DNA from: a virus | Length of the DNA stretch: 64,000 bases | Direction: 5' to 3' (one strand) | Virus record (IMG/VR): IMGVR_UViG_3300045988_183931 | Span: 6,965 to 70,964 of that record | Shown here: piece by piece, positions 52,976-63,991 of the stretch | How positions within the stretch are numbered: the first letter of the stretch is position 1 | Layout of the letters: each line of letters begins with the position of its first letter | The notes under the pieces: generated by a model | What the model was told of the DNA's origin: nothing | Database searches by the model: none | Seen by the model: the letters and a program-made list of their open reading frames with translations, nothing else | Program-made: the position numbers and the translations under genes

Positions 52976-55900
52976 TTACTTATTTTTCTTTCTTCTCTTG
53001 ACGTTGCTCACTACAACGACAATAATTGCAGTTCCCAAGGCAATCGAGCCCAAAGAGACATATTTGCCGACGCCATCGTCTCCAGTCTTGGGAGACGCGG
53101 TAACAGTCACAGTCTGTCCAGCATCATTGATGTCAGTATGGCTCAGGTACGGAGTCCCGTCCACACTTCCTCCGACATACACCTCCTCAAACACGACAAT
53201 CTTCGCACCCTTGATGTTCGACGCAGCGAAGGAGAATTTCATGTCGATGGAGCCATCGGAGGCCTTCGGGGTAAATGTCAGCTTGGAGGTTACTTCCCTG
53301 CCGCCCGCATCGCGCAGAGCCTCCCCCGTCTGAGCATCCATCAACCTGCCAACCAAGGTGTAATTCTGACCAACAGCCAACCCAGAATAACTCACGGTAT
53401 CAACGACCACAAGGCGAGAGGCGTAACCGCTGGACTTCGAGCCATTGGCAAATGTCGCCGTAGTTCCCATAGCAGGCCCGCTATAATGGATGCGGTCAAC
53501 AGTAACCGTTTGTTTCTCGTCCATTATGTCAGCGTGAGTAGTGACACTCATGTTGTTGTAGAGGAGCTCCTCGTACACAACGAGAGTTTTCCCCGCAACG
53601 GAACGAGCACCAAACACAAAGGAAACCGTCGTTGTTCCTTCGGCCTTTTCAGGAGTAAAGGTCGCAGTAGCGGTCAAGGGCTTTTTGTCCTTGTCCATGA
53701 CGGGTTTACCTTCGACCCAATTCTCACCAGATTTAACCTTTTCTACCAGAGTCCCGACCAAGGTGTACTCGTGACCGGGGATAAGTCCCTCATAGGTCAC
53801 AGTGTCCACCAGCTCGGCTTTCTCATACGGAGAGAAAGTCTTCTTCCCCGTAGAAGCATTGGCAGCAGAGGTCTTGATAGTGGGATTCAAAAAGGCAACG
53901 GTCTGCGCGGCGTCTTCCAAATCTTCATGGGTTGCCAGAGCCGCTTCATCGTCCTTGTTGTAATAGAGGTACTCAAACACAACAATATCCTTACCTGCGA
54001 GTGCCCTTCCGTCGAACTCAAACACGACATCAATAGAACCGGAGAGTTTGTCAGGCGTAAAGGCGGTGGTTGCAATAATAAAGTTGCCATCCTTATCCAT
54101 CACAGGTTTTCCAGTAGCCTTATACATCAGCTTACCAACAAGTGTGTACTTGTGGGCAGTAGAGAGGTGGTCGTATTTTACAGTATCAGTCAAAACAACC
54201 TTCTCCGTGGGGTCAACCAGCTTTTTCCCATCGACTTTGTTTGTTGCGATGGTTTCAACAATGACGGGCTTCTTAATCTCGACAGACTGGTTTTCATCGT
54301 TGATATCACGGTGAGAGGCGACGACCGTCTCTCCGTAGTACAAGTCCTCAAAAACGACCAGAGTGCGCCCAAAGAAATCTCGTGCATCGAATTTGAACTC
54401 GACAACCACAGAGCCGTTCTCGCTCTCTGGCGCGAACACTTTTTCAGCAGTGATGGACTTCCCCGCTGAATCCTCCACAGGTTTGCCCGTGGACTTATCC
54501 ATCAGAGTGCCAACGACCTTGTACGTATGTCCAGCAATGATGCCTTCGTAGTCCACAGTATCCTTCAGGATAACCTCGCTGGCGGGCTCAAACACCTTCG
54601 TGCCGTCAGCAGCATTTTCAGCGCAGGTCTTGATGGAAGATTTTACCACGGTCACAGTTTGGTCAGCATCCTCAATATCCTTGTGCGCCGCCACAGGTGC
54701 CTCGTCACCAGCAGTAAAGAACAGTTCCTCGAACACCACGATATCGCGTCCCTTCACGGCAGAAGCGTCGAAAGCGATAGCCGCAACAGCCGAGCCAGCA
54801 GTGCTTTCAGGCGTGAACTGCATCTCCGAAACGACGGGTATGCCGTTATTCAGAACAGGCTCGCCGGTAGTTTTATCAACCAAGCTGCTTCTTAGTGTGT
54901 AGGTGTGTCCAGTAGACAGGTGACGATATACCACAGTATCATTGATGGTAGAAGTTTCAGAGGCATCAATGAGCTTTCCTCCATCCACCGCGCTCAAAGC
55001 AACAGTCCGTACGATTTCAGGGTTGTGAACCGTAGTAGTCTGCTCCTCATCATTGATATCCTCATGGGACGCAATGACAGTTCCGTTGAAGAGTAGCTTC
55101 TCGAACGCCACGATGGTTTTGCCATACAACTCAGTTGCAGCGAAGGGGAATTCAACATCCACCGTGCCGCAGGGAGCATCAGGAGTAAACTCCACAGAAG
55201 AAGCCACGATGCTTCCCGCAGTATCCTTGATGGGCTTGCCGGTTCCCTTATCCATCAGAGTTCCGGTCACGGTGTATCTATGTCCCACAATGAGATTGTT
55301 GTAAAACACGGTATCCTTCAGCGTAACCGTCTGGTCCGGTTCAAAGACCTTGCCATTATCTTCTTTGTTCACGGCAACAGTCCTTACTTCAGGGCTTGTT
55401 ACAGAAACGGTCTGTTTTCCATCGTCGATATCCCTATGGACGGCGACCGGTTCAGTATCTTCGGAGTTGAAATAAATTTCCTCAAACACAACAATGTCTT
55501 TGCCCTTCAAGAAGGAAGCAGTGAAAACAAACTGCATATCCACAGAACCGCTTGCTTCCACAGGCGTAAAAGTCTGTTCAACTACAACTTCTGTGCCACC
55601 ATTTTTGATAGGTTCACCCGTTTCCTTGTTCATTAACGTACCGCGCAAGGTGTATTCGTGGCCAGCAGACAGATGCTCATACATAACAGTGTCGGTGATT
55701 TTCACATTGGCTGCGGGGTCAATCAGCTTACCGCCTCCAAGAGTTCCAACCGCCGTTGTGCCAGTGATGTTAGGCGCATAAACCGTCACCGTCTGTTCCC
55801 TGTCGTTGATATTTTCGTGAGAAGCAATCTCAGTGTCATTACAGAAAATTTTCTCGAAAACAACAATGTCTTTCCCGTACAACTCTGTGGCCGCAAAGGT

Positions 55901-58900
55901 AAACTCAACATCAACACTTCCGCCAGCAGCCTTCGCCTTAAAGGTCTTTTCAGCGGTAATCGTCTCGCCACTTTCATCGACCACAGGATTGCCAGTTGCC
56001 TTATCCATCAGCGTCCCGGAAACCTTATAAGTGTGACCCTCAATCAGTCCAGAGAAAGAAACTGTATCGAGGATTGTAACTCTCTTATCCGGCTCAAGCA
56101 TCTTACTTCCATCGACCTTATTGGAGGCAACAGTCTTCACCTTAGGATTGGAAACAGTAACAGTCTGGCCGACGTCTCCAAGGTCTTTATGCACTGCCGC
56201 AGCAATCGTTTGATTTTCGTAAAACAACTCTTCGAAAACAACAATTTTCTTTCCCTGCAGCCCAGATGCATCGAAGACGAATTCCATGTCGATAGAGCCT
56301 TCCGCTTTCTTCGCTGTGAAGGATTTTTCAACCACAATAGGTTTATCGTTTAGCAAAACGGGTTCTCCGGAGGACTGGAAAACAAGTGTTCCACGCAACT
56401 TGAAATCGTGTTTTATCGGTAGATGTGCATACTTTACAGTATCCTTGATAACCACATTTCTGGCTGCATCAATGTACTTACTGCCGCCCTCACCGTTCAC
56501 GGCGGTCGTATTGGTCAGCTCAGGATTATAGAATGTTGCCGACTGGTCAACATCGTTAATGTCCTCATGCTTGGCAATAATGTGACCGCCGTAGGAAACG
56601 GTTTCAAAGGCTACGACCGTTTTACCGAACAGCTCAGAAGAGTCGAATGTGAAATAGACATCCACAGACCCGTCCATGGACTTGGGAACGAATACTGTTC
56701 TCCCTGAAATCTCGCCATTTCCGCCAACAAGAACACGTCCAGTAGCTTTGTCCATCAAGCGCCCCTCGGCGACATAGGTGTGACCGGGAATGAGGTTGTG
56801 ATAAGTAACGGTATCTACCAAAACCGTAGACAGAGAGGAAACAAAGAACTGGTTCTTATCAGGACTTGCCTTCATGGTAGTTCCGATGCTCGGCTCCATT
56901 ACCGTAACGGTTTGAGCTTCGTCACGAAGGTCTTTGTGTGTCGCACAAGGAGCAGCGTCCGTTTCGTTAAAGAACAGTTCCTCAAACACAACTACATTTT
57001 TACCAGCAAGGAGAGATGCATCCAATGCGAAAGTCACGTCCACATCACCAGACGTACGCTTCGGAGTGAATTTCACCCGTGTTGCAGTGCCGGGAATTTC
57101 CTCACCAGTTCCTCCATTCATCAATCGCCCCACTAAGGTGTACTCGTGACCGGGAGTTACATGGGAATAGGAAACGGTGTCTGTTATAGAGGTTTCCTTC
57201 GCCGCATCAAGCATCTTACCCTTGCCATCCGTATTCACAGCCCTTGTCGAGATGCTGGGAACATTGATTGTTACGGTCTGACTTCTGTCGTCAAGGTCCC
57301 TATGCTCCGCAATTACCGTTCCGTTAAACACGAGTTCCTCAAACACAACCAGAGATTTTCCGTAGAGCTGCGAAGCGTCAAAAACAAACTCCACCTTAAC
57401 CTTGCCGGCAGCGCTGCGAGCTGTAAATGATGTTGTTCCGGTAACGGGGTTGCCATCCGTATTCAGAACCGGCGTACCGGTCTTTTTATCCATCAGGACA
57501 CCATTTACCGTGTACTCATGTCCCTTGCACAGACCCTCATAACTCACGGTATCTACCAGTCTTACAGCGCTCTTAGGGTCAAAGAACTTGGAGTTATCTT
57601 CCACATTCTTCGCACTGGTCTTAATAGCTGGTGTGTTGAAGGTCAGGCTCTGTTTCAGGTCGGAAATGTCCGTATGCGTTCCTGCGGGAGTTTCATCGCC
57701 CTCGTTGAAGTACAGATACTCAAAAACAACGAGCGTCTTCCCTGCCATATTGCTGGCGTCAAATGTAAACTCAACGTTGACCGCCCCCGCGACCCGCTGC
57801 GGCGTGAATACGGTTTTGCCGGTAATCTCGTCACCCTTCGCATCCAGCAAAGGAAGCCCTGTCATTTTATCCATCAGCTTACCTACAACGGTATATTCAT
57901 GGTCAGGGGTTAAGTGGCGATAATAAACAGTGTCCACAATATGCGTTCCCTTGGCAGGGTCAATCAGGTTTGTATCGCCGTCATTATTCAGAGCCTTTGT
58001 ACTCAGCGCAGGAGCGAAGAACACAGCCTCCTGTTTCTCGTCAGCGAGGTCTTTGTGCTCGGCAATAACTGTGTTGTGGTAATACAGGGACTCGAAGGCA
58101 ATGACACTCTGACCATACAGGATAGAGGCGTTTAGCGTGAATTTCACATCAACATTTCCATCCTTGGTCGTCGGAACGAAGTCTGCCTCACCGGACACCA
58201 AATTTCCATTACCGTCGCGGATAACATCGCCGGTGTCTTTGGAAACGAGATTGCCCTTCACCTTGTACCTGTGACCGGGTACGAGGTCTGTATAGGTCAC
58301 AGTATCCGTAATGGTAATTTCATTCAGCGGCTCGAAATAGTTATTCAGAGAGATGCTCTCATTGATGGTCGTGTGAATTGTAGGAGTGTTCACGACAACT
58401 GTCTGCCCTTCATCGCCGATATCCTTATGGATGGCACAAGGTGTGCTGTCAGATGCACGGAAATACAGCTCTTCGTACACAACAAGGGAATCTCCATCAA
58501 GACCAGAAGCATCAAATGTAAAGACCATTTCGGTGCTGCCCTTAGACGCAGACGGCGTAAATGTGTTCGTCACCGTTACAGTGCGTCCACCAGAAACAAC
58601 AGCCTCACCTGTTCGCTTATTCATCACTGTACCGATGATAGTGTACTCCTGCCCTATGGTAAGATGTTCGTAAGCAATCGTATCCTTAATGACAACATTT
58701 TTCGCAGGGTCAATAAACTTACCCGTACCCTCACCATCAATAGCGGTAGTGCCAATCTTCGGGCTGTAGACATTCACGGTCTGCTCGGCATCTGCTTCAT
58801 CTTCGTGGACGGTTAAGACAACACCCCTGTAAGACAGTTTTTCAAACACGACCAGCGTATGTCCATACAGTTCCGAAGCATCAAAAACGAACTCGACATC

Positions 58901-61900
58901 CACAGTACCGGCCTTCGCCGTGGGCGTAAATCTTGTTGTGCCGGTAATTTCATTTCCGGCAGCATCCTTCACAAACTCGCCTGTCGTTTTATCAAACACC
59001 TTTCCGGTCAACAGATAAGTGTGCCCCTCAACGACCTTTTCATACGCAACAGAGTCCCTGACCTTCACCATGTACTGCGGGTCAAGGAATTTAGTTCCGG
59101 CTTTGGCGTTGGTTGCATGAGTGGTAATCTCAGGTGCCTCGACTGTTACAGTCTGTTCCGCATCCTCAATGTCCTCGTGCGTTGCAACGGGGATATCGCT
59201 GCTGATGGCAACATGGTAGAGTTTCTCGAACGCGACAAGCTGCACACCCGCAATCTCAGTTGCATCGAAGGTGAAGGTCACATCTACCGAGCCTTCCGTT
59301 GTCGCCGGAGTAAAGTTTGTCGTTCCGACAATGTATATTCCGTTATCGTCCTTTGCCGGCTGCTGCGTGTCTCTATCCATCATCTGCCCCTTCAGAACGT
59401 ACTTATGTCCGGGAGTGAGATGCTTATAGGACACCGTATCCACGATAGATACTCCGATGGAGGGGTCAACAACCTTCACATTTCCATCAGGGTTGACGGC
59501 GGAAGTTTTAATTTCGGGTGCGAAGAAGGATACGGTCTGGTCTGCGTCCGAAATGCTCTTGTGGGTTGCCACCTCTACGCCGTCACGATGCAGCGTATCA
59601 TATACAACTACAGCATCTCCAGCAATAAGAGAAGCATCGAATGTAAAGGACAGCACGGTGGACCCCTCAAAGTTGTTGCCGCCAACAAAGGTATTCGTAG
59701 CAGTTATCCTGTGACCGGCGCCATCCAGAAGAGGCTCGCCAGTAGACTTCAAAACCAGATAACCATTCACCGTATAGGTTTTGCCGGGAATGACATCGGT
59801 ACAGGACACCGTATCCTTAATTGTCACAGATGTCAGGGGTTCCATGGTTTTCTCCCCCGCCTCGCCCTTAGCTACAGTCTTGATTTGAGGCGTTACAGGC
59901 ACATCTGTCATCTTCACGACAACGACCTTTTCCCCGTCATTCATGGTTGTACTTTCAAAATCAACATTGAATATAACGGGAGTGGAGTTCAAGCGATAGC
60001 CACGAGGAGCTTTGGTTTCCACCAGCTTATAGCCGCGACCAAAAGGAAGTTCTTCGGGGGTTATCAAATTTCCGTCATTATCCGTCCTAAATGTATCAAT
60101 GTTTTTAGCACCAGCCTTGAGGGACACAAGAGTTCCATCTGGGTCGTATATCTGGAACTCAGCTCCGCTGTAAGGGATTTGAACATTGTCCATTGCGTCC
60201 TGTTTTACCACTCGAACAGAAGCATAATAAGGACGGTCATTAAGCACATAGAAATAAGTTTTCCCATTCTCGGAAATAGTCACCTCAAAGCCAGAAAGCA
60301 TATCTGCGTGTTCAAAATGCTTTGTCTGCTCGATAACATATGTGCCGTAAGGCAGCGCCTTGGTTGTCGCATACCCGTCCTCGTCCACAACAATGTGGTC
60401 TCTATCGGTGGTCTTCGCAGCAGCGTAGCTTCCTGCCGCCTTCAGGTAGACATCGAACTCAGCGCCAACTTCGGGTGTGACCTTTCCGGTCGGGAGGGAT
60501 TCCTCGACGCCGGTAGGACCGACATCCGAGTGCTTGAAAATCTTAATGTAGCCCTTGATGACCTTTTCTGTTACGCCCAAATCGGGGGCTGCATTGATTT
60601 CGATGACGTAGTTCTTCGCCTCAGCGCCTACTTGATATACACTGTCATCCAGCAGATAGCCGACGGACGGAACAATTTCCTTGATGGTCCAATTATCGCC
60701 GCAAACATAGACGTCCGTAGCAAACTTTCCGTTCGCATCAGTGGTGTACTGTTTCACCAGTTCATCGCCATTATACAGACCATAAACGGCTCCCTGCAAG
60801 GTGGCGTTGCCCTGCGCTGTCGTCGTCTCGATATCGCGCTTTGTAACGGTCACAGACCACTTCTTCAGCACATTATGAACAGAAACAGTTGTGGTCTTAT
60901 CCAGCTTTACATTGATGCCGCCCTTTACTGCAGGAATGACATACCGTGCAGCGGTGTCAACTTCCTCCAGCGTGTAGTTGTAACCCACAAGAACATTATC
61001 GAAGGTTGCAATGCCGGAAGCGTTCGTCACAGCCATCATGTCTACGCGCTGACCCTGTGCAGAAGTACCTGTCAGGTGGAACTTGATGCCCTCAACGATA
61101 CCGTCTTCAGAGGTCTTGGTCACACTCACTGTACCGCGAGCCAACTTATTATGCACATTGGCGTTCGTAGTTCTATTCAGCGTTACATTTATGCCAGAAA
61201 CGACATCCGGTGTGATATACTTTTCGGCGGTGCCAACTTCCTGAACGGAATAGTTCTCGCCAATCAGGACGTCAGAGAAGGTTGCCACGCCTTTGGCGTT
61301 GGTGGTAGCGGTCATATCCACCGCGTCACCATTACCTGCCGTGCCGGTCAATCGGAACTTGATGCCGGAAACCAGCCCGTCCTCAGCAGTCTTCGTAACA
61401 GTAACCGTTCCGCGAGCCAGCTTGTTGTAAACCGAAGCCTCCGTGGTTTTCCCCACAGTGATTGTAATACCGTTCTGCACCGCAGGGACAACATAGCGGG
61501 CAGCCGTATCAACCTCCGTCAGAACGTAGCTGCTGCCCACCAGCACATTCTTGAACTCAGCAATGCCCGCTGCATTGGTAGTCGCATCCAGAGACACCGC
61601 AGCTCCAGATGTAGAGGTGCCTTCCAGATGGAACTTCACGCCGGACACGAATCCGTCTTCAGACGTCTTGGTAACGCGAAGACTTCCACGCGCAAGGTCA
61701 TTGTGGAAGGACAGCTTCGTAGTGTCGTTGACCCTCACGGTAACGCCATCCTGCACATCCGGAACAACGTAACGGGTAGGGGTGCTGGACTCCTGTACTG
61801 TGTACCTTGTCCCAATGGGCACATTGGAGAAGGTCGCAACGCCCTGAGCGTCCGTCTTTGCCGTCATGCTGACGGTCGTCCCCGCGTCAGAAGTACCTGT

Positions 61901-63991
61901 CAGCGTAAATGAAAGATTGTTCACAACGCCGTCCTCGGAGGTCTTCGTCACCTGAACGGCACCTACCTTGAGCCTATTCTGGACAGATACAGAGGACTTA
62001 CGATTGATGGTCACTGTAACATTGACGGGATTCACGACCTGATAATAGGCCGGCACGTTGACTTCCGATACTGTGTAGCTTCCAATGAGGACGTTCGAGA
62101 ATGTTGCAACACCGGAGGCATTGGTCGCAGCATACAGGTCAACAGCGGTGCCATCAATGGATGTTCCCTGCAAGCGGAACTTTACATTGGCAACTTTCCC
62201 GTCCTCAGAAGACTTCGTAACTTGAACCGAACCACGCGCCAACTTGTTGCTGACATTCGCCCGCGCAGTCGAGTTATACTGCACCGTGACATTCTGCGCG
62301 GACACGGGGGCGTACTGCCTACCTGTATTTACTTCCGTCAGCGCATATGTACCGACAAGCACATTGGAGAACGTGGCCACGCCGCTGGCGTTGGTTGTTT
62401 CAGTAAGGTTTACTGTCTGGCCAGACAAAGATGTGCCCTTCAGATTAAACTGAACTCCGCTTACTTTTCCATCTTCGGAGGTCTTTGTGACAGTCACGTT
62501 GCCGCGAGCCAATTTATTTTCGAATGTTTTGGTTACAGACGTATTAGGCGTCGAAAGCGTAAACGTCTGGCTGGCAGGGGCTACATATCTTCTGGGTGTA
62601 TTTACCTCGGCAAGAACATAGTTAGAACCCAAGGGGACATTGGAGAACGTAGCCTTGCCGTTCGCATCTGTGGTCGCAGACAGATTCACAGCATCTCCCG
62701 CGTAAGACGTTCCCTTCAGTGTAAAGATGAACCCTTGCAGAACTCCGTCTTCCGATGTCTTCGTTACCTGCACGGTACACCGAGACACCTTGTTCTGGAA
62801 GGAGACACTTGCCGTGCCTCCAATCGTAACTGTCGCAGTCTGAACCCGATTCACAGCATAGTATCCTAACGGTGAAGTTTCTGTAATCGTATAAGCTCCG
62901 GGCTGCAGGTCTGTAATGCTAATTTTGCCGGATGCATTTGTCTTAAAGAGCCGGTTATATCCGTTTGGTCCGGTTACAGTAAAGCTGACGCCAGAAATGT
63001 TTTTCCCGTTTTCTGATGTCTTAGTGATGTTTAGATTGCCGGTTGTTTGCGTCACCTTCGCCCGCACATAACAAGTAACGGGGTCAGGCGTACCGTTAAG
63101 GGCAACACAATTCTGCTTGCTGCCACCCGCTACGAGAAGGTAAGCGTTGACGCTATCGGGGTCAATCACATTGCCCTCGATGGGGTACGATACAATGCCG
63201 TTCAACATACTCTTAGCGGCTTCCGGCGTGGCTGTAATTGTTAGATTATTCCCGCTCCGGGATGTGCTTACACCAGACAGAGAAAATTTGAAGCGTCCAA
63301 AATTTCTCAGGACTCTGTTGGTGTCGGTTCTTGTCAGAGACCAAGAAGTACCATCCCAAGCCAGTTCGAAGTCGTTTCTCGTATCACGCGGACTCCGCAC
63401 GGCAAAACTCGGTATAACGGTCTGCTGGTTAATCATGTCCCAGATATAATCGTGTGCCGCCTTGATGGGCACAGCAACTTCAGGGTCATAAGCATGACCG
63501 GGACCCACAAACAGGTCACTCAGGTCACTGTAGCCGCCAACAATTTCCCAGATAACCTCCTGCGTAGCACACCACGCATAGGTGCCGTTGCCAGCATACC
63601 AGAGCAACGTCGAGTCATCTGCGCCACCCCAGCCATAAGCCAAAGCAAGACGAACCCGCTGGTCTCCCCAATACGCGCTGGCGTCAACGGAAGTTCCCGC
63701 GCCGGGGGCACCCTTGTGGGGTTCAATGCAGTACGCCGGCTGGCCATTGAAGAATTTCTCAACAGCACTGGAATAGGGGGCAAACTCAGCCATCCACTTC
63801 CTGTTATAACCCATATCGAGGCCGGTCGTAATGGTTCCTGATGCACGAGCGGGAGCCCTCCTCGGACCAGAAGAGTTTTGCGGTGAGCCATACAAAGGCG
63901 TAACGCTCACGGGAGTATCTTCACCGGCATAGGGGTCCGAAAGACCTTCTTCTTCATCAAAACTCTCTCCATCAGGAATAGATACTTCCAA
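52976..63991 (-). CDS. Giant cell-wall-anchored adhesin 2 (N-terminus beyond window): thioester domain, 8 CnaB-like repeats, 18 ester-bond-type repeats, SPKTG sorting signal
   Basis: More than 3671 aa, open to the window edge. QPAYCIEP and CATQEVIW as in adhesin 1. The C-terminus has SPKTGDD, a TM helix and a KRRKKNK tail. Confidence 0.85.
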   Translation of the reverse strand: MEVSIPDGESFDEEEGLSDPYAGEDTPVSVTPLYGSPQNSSGPRRAPARASGTITTGLDMGYNRKWMAEFAPYSSAVEKFFNGQPAYCIEPHKGAPGAGTSVDASAYWGDQRVRLALAYGWGGADDSTLLWYAGNGTYAWCATQEVIWEIVGGYSDLSDLFVGPGHAYDPEVAVPIKAAHDYIWDMINQQTVIPSFAVRSPRDTRNDFELAWDGTSWSLTRTDTNRVLRNFGRFKFSLSGVSTSRSGNNLTITATPEAAKSMLNGIVSYPIEGNVIDPDSVNAYLLVAGGSKQNCVALNGTPDPVTCYVRAKVTQTTGNLNITKTSENGKNISGVSFTVTGPNGYNRLFKTNASGKISITDLQPGAYTITETSPLGYYAVNRVQTATVTIGGTASVSFQNKVSRCTVQVTKTSEDGVLQGFIFTLKGTSYAGDAVNLSATTDANGKATFSNVPLGSNYVLAEVNTPRRYVAPASQTFTLSTPNTSVTKTFENKLARGNVTVTKTSEDGKVSGVQFNLKGTSLSGQTVNLTETTNASGVATFSNVLVGTYALTEVNTGRQYAPVSAQNVTVQYNSTARANVSNKLARGSVQVTKSSEDGKVANVKFRLQGTSIDGTAVDLYAATNASGVATFSNVLIGSYTVSEVNVPAYYQVVNPVNVTVTINRKSSVSVQNRLKVGAVQVTKTSEDGVVNNLSFTLTGTSDAGTTVSMTAKTDAQGVATFSNVPIGTRYTVQESSTPTRYVVPDVQDGVTVRVNDTTKLSFHNDLARGSLRVTKTSEDGFVSGVKFHLEGTSTSGAAVSLDATTNAAGIAEFKNVLVGSSYVLTEVDTAARYVVPAVQNGITITVGKTTEASVYNKLARGTVTVTKTAEDGLVSGIKFRLTGTAGNGDAVDMTATTNAKGVATFSDVLIGENYSVQEVGTAEKYITPDVVSGINVTLNRTTNANVHNKLARGTVSVTKTSEDGIVEGIKFHLTGTSAQGQRVDMMAVTNASGIATFDNVLVGYNYTLEEVDTAARYVIPAVKGGINVKLDKTTTVSVHNVLKKWSVTVTKRDIETTTAQGNATLQGAVYGLYNGDELVKQYTTDANGKFATDVYVCGDNWTIKEIVPSVGYLLDDSVYQVGAEAKNYVIEINAAPDLGVTEKVIKGYIKIFKHSDVGPTGVEESLPTGKVTPEVGAEFDVYLKAAGSYAAAKTTDRDHIVVDEDGYATTKALPYGTYVIEQTKHFEHADMLSGFEVTISENGKTYFYVLNDRPYYASVRVVKQDAMDNVQIPYSGAEFQIYDPDGTLVSLKAGAKNIDTFRTDNDGNLITPEELPFGRGYKLVETKAPRGYRLNSTPVIFNVDFESTTMNDGEKVVVVKMTDVPVTPQIKTVAKGEAGEKTMEPLTSVTIKDTVSCTDVIPGKTYTVNGYLVLKSTGEPLLDGAGHRITATNTFVGGNNFEGSTVLSFTFDASLIAGDAVVVYDTLHRDGVEVATHKSISDADQTVSFFAPEIKTSAVNPDGNVKVVDPSIGVSIVDTVSYKHLTPGHKYVLKGQMMDRDTQQPAKDDNGIYIVGTTNFTPATTEGSVDVTFTFDATEIAGVQLVAFEKLYHVAISSDIPVATHEDIEDAEQTVTVEAPEITTHATNAKAGTKFLDPQYMVKVRDSVAYEKVVEGHTYLLTGKVFDKTTGEFVKDAAGNEITGTTRFTPTAKAGTVDVEFVFDASELYGHTLVVFEKLSYRGVVLTVHEDEADAEQTVNVYSPKIGTTAIDGEGTGKFIDPAKNVVIKDTIAYEHLTIGQEYTIIGTVMNKRTGEAVVSGGRTVTVTNTFTPSASKGSTEMVFTFDASGLDGDSLVVYEELYFRASDSTPCAIHKDIGDEGQTVVVNTPTIHTTINESISLNNYFEPLNEITITDTVTYTDLVPGHRYKVKGNLVSKDTGDVIRDGNGNLVSGEADFVPTTKDGNVDVKFTLNASILYGQSVIAFESLYYHNTVIAEHKDLADEKQEAVFFAPALSTKALNNDGDTNLIDPAKGTHIVDTVYYRHLTPDHEYTVVGKLMDKMTGLPLLDAKGDEITGKTVFTPQRVAGAVNVEFTFDASNMAGKTLVVFEYLYFNEGDETPAGTHTDISDLKQSLTFNTPAIKTSAKNVEDNSKFFDPKSAVRLVDTVSYEGLCKGHEYTVNGVLMDKKTGTPVLNTDGNPVTGTTSFTARSAAGKVKVEFVFDASQLYGKSLVVFEELVFNGTVIAEHRDLDDRSQTVTINVPSISTRAVNTDGKGKMLDAAKETSITDTVSYSHVTPGHEYTLVGRLMNGGTGEEIPGTATRVKFTPKRTSGDVDVTFALDASLLAGKNVVVFEELFFNETDAAPCATHKDLRDEAQTVTVMEPSIGTTMKASPDKNQFFVSSLSTVLVDTVTYHNLIPGHTYVAEGRLMDKATGRVLVGGNGEISGRTVFVPKSMDGSVDVYFTFDSSELFGKTVVAFETVSYGGHIIAKHEDINDVDQSATFYNPELTNTTAVNGEGGSKYIDAARNVVIKDTVKYAHLPIKHDFKLRGTLVFQSSGEPVLLNDKPIVVEKSFTAKKAEGSIDMEFVFDASGLQGKKIVVFEELFYENQTIAAAVHKDLGDVGQTVTVSNPKVKTVASNKVDGSKMLEPDKRVTILDTVSFSGLIEGHTYKVSGTLMDKATGNPVVDESGETITAEKTFKAKAAGGSVDVEFTFAATELYGKDIVVFEKIFCNDTEIASHENINDREQTVTVYAPNITGTTAVGTLGGGKLIDPAANVKITDTVMYEHLSAGHEYTLRGTLMNKETGEPIKNGGTEVVVEQTFTPVEASGSVDMQFVFTASFLKGKDIVVFEEIYFNSEDTEPVAVHRDIDDGKQTVSVTSPEVRTVAVNKEDNGKVFEPDQTVTLKDTVFYNNLIVGHRYTVTGTLMDKGTGKPIKDTAGSIVASSVEFTPDAPCGTVDVEFPFAATELYGKTIVAFEKLLFNGTVIASHEDINDEEQTTTVHNPEIVRTVALSAVDGGKLIDASETSTINDTVVYRHLSTGHTYTLRSSLVDKTTGEPVLNNGIPVVSEMQFTPESTAGSAVAAIAFDASAVKGRDIVVFEELFFTAGDEAPVAAHKDIEDADQTVTVVKSSIKTCAENAADGTKVFEPASEVILKDTVDYEGIIAGHTYKVVGTLMDKSTGKPVEDSAGKSITAEKVFAPESENGSVVVEFKFDARDFFGRTLVVFEDLYYGETVVASHRDINDENQSVEIKKPVIVETIATNKVDGKKLVDPTEKVVLTDTVKYDHLSTAHKYTLVGKLMYKATGKPVMDKDGNFIIATTAFTPDKLSGSIDVVFEFDGRALAGKDIVVFEYLYYNKDDEAALATHEDLEDAAQTVAFLNPTIKTSAANASTGKKTFSPYEKAELVDTVTYEGLIPGHEYTLVGTLVEKVKSGENWVEGKPVMDKDKKPLTATATFTPEKAEGTTTVSFVFGARSVAGKTLVVYEELLYNNMSVTTHADIMDEKQTVTVDRIHYSGPAMGTTATFANGSKSSGYASRLVVVDTVSYSGLAVGQNYTLVGRLMDAQTGEALRDAGGREVTSKLTFTPKASDGSIDMKFSFAASNIKGAKIVVFEEVYVGGSVDGTPYLSHTDINDAGQTVTVTASPKTGDDGVGKYVSLGSIALGTAIIVVVVSNVKRRKKNK
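53100..59900 (-). repeat. About 18 tandem domain repeats of about 125-130 aa within adhesin 2
   Basis: I counted 18 occurrences of the (H/K/R/E)D(I/L)xDxxQ(T/S)(V/L/A) signature. Confidence 0.7.
60870..63040 (-). repeat. 8 tandem CnaB-like repeats within adhesin 2
   Basis: Recurrent VTKTSEDG motif at a spacing of about 95 aa. Confidence 0.7.
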
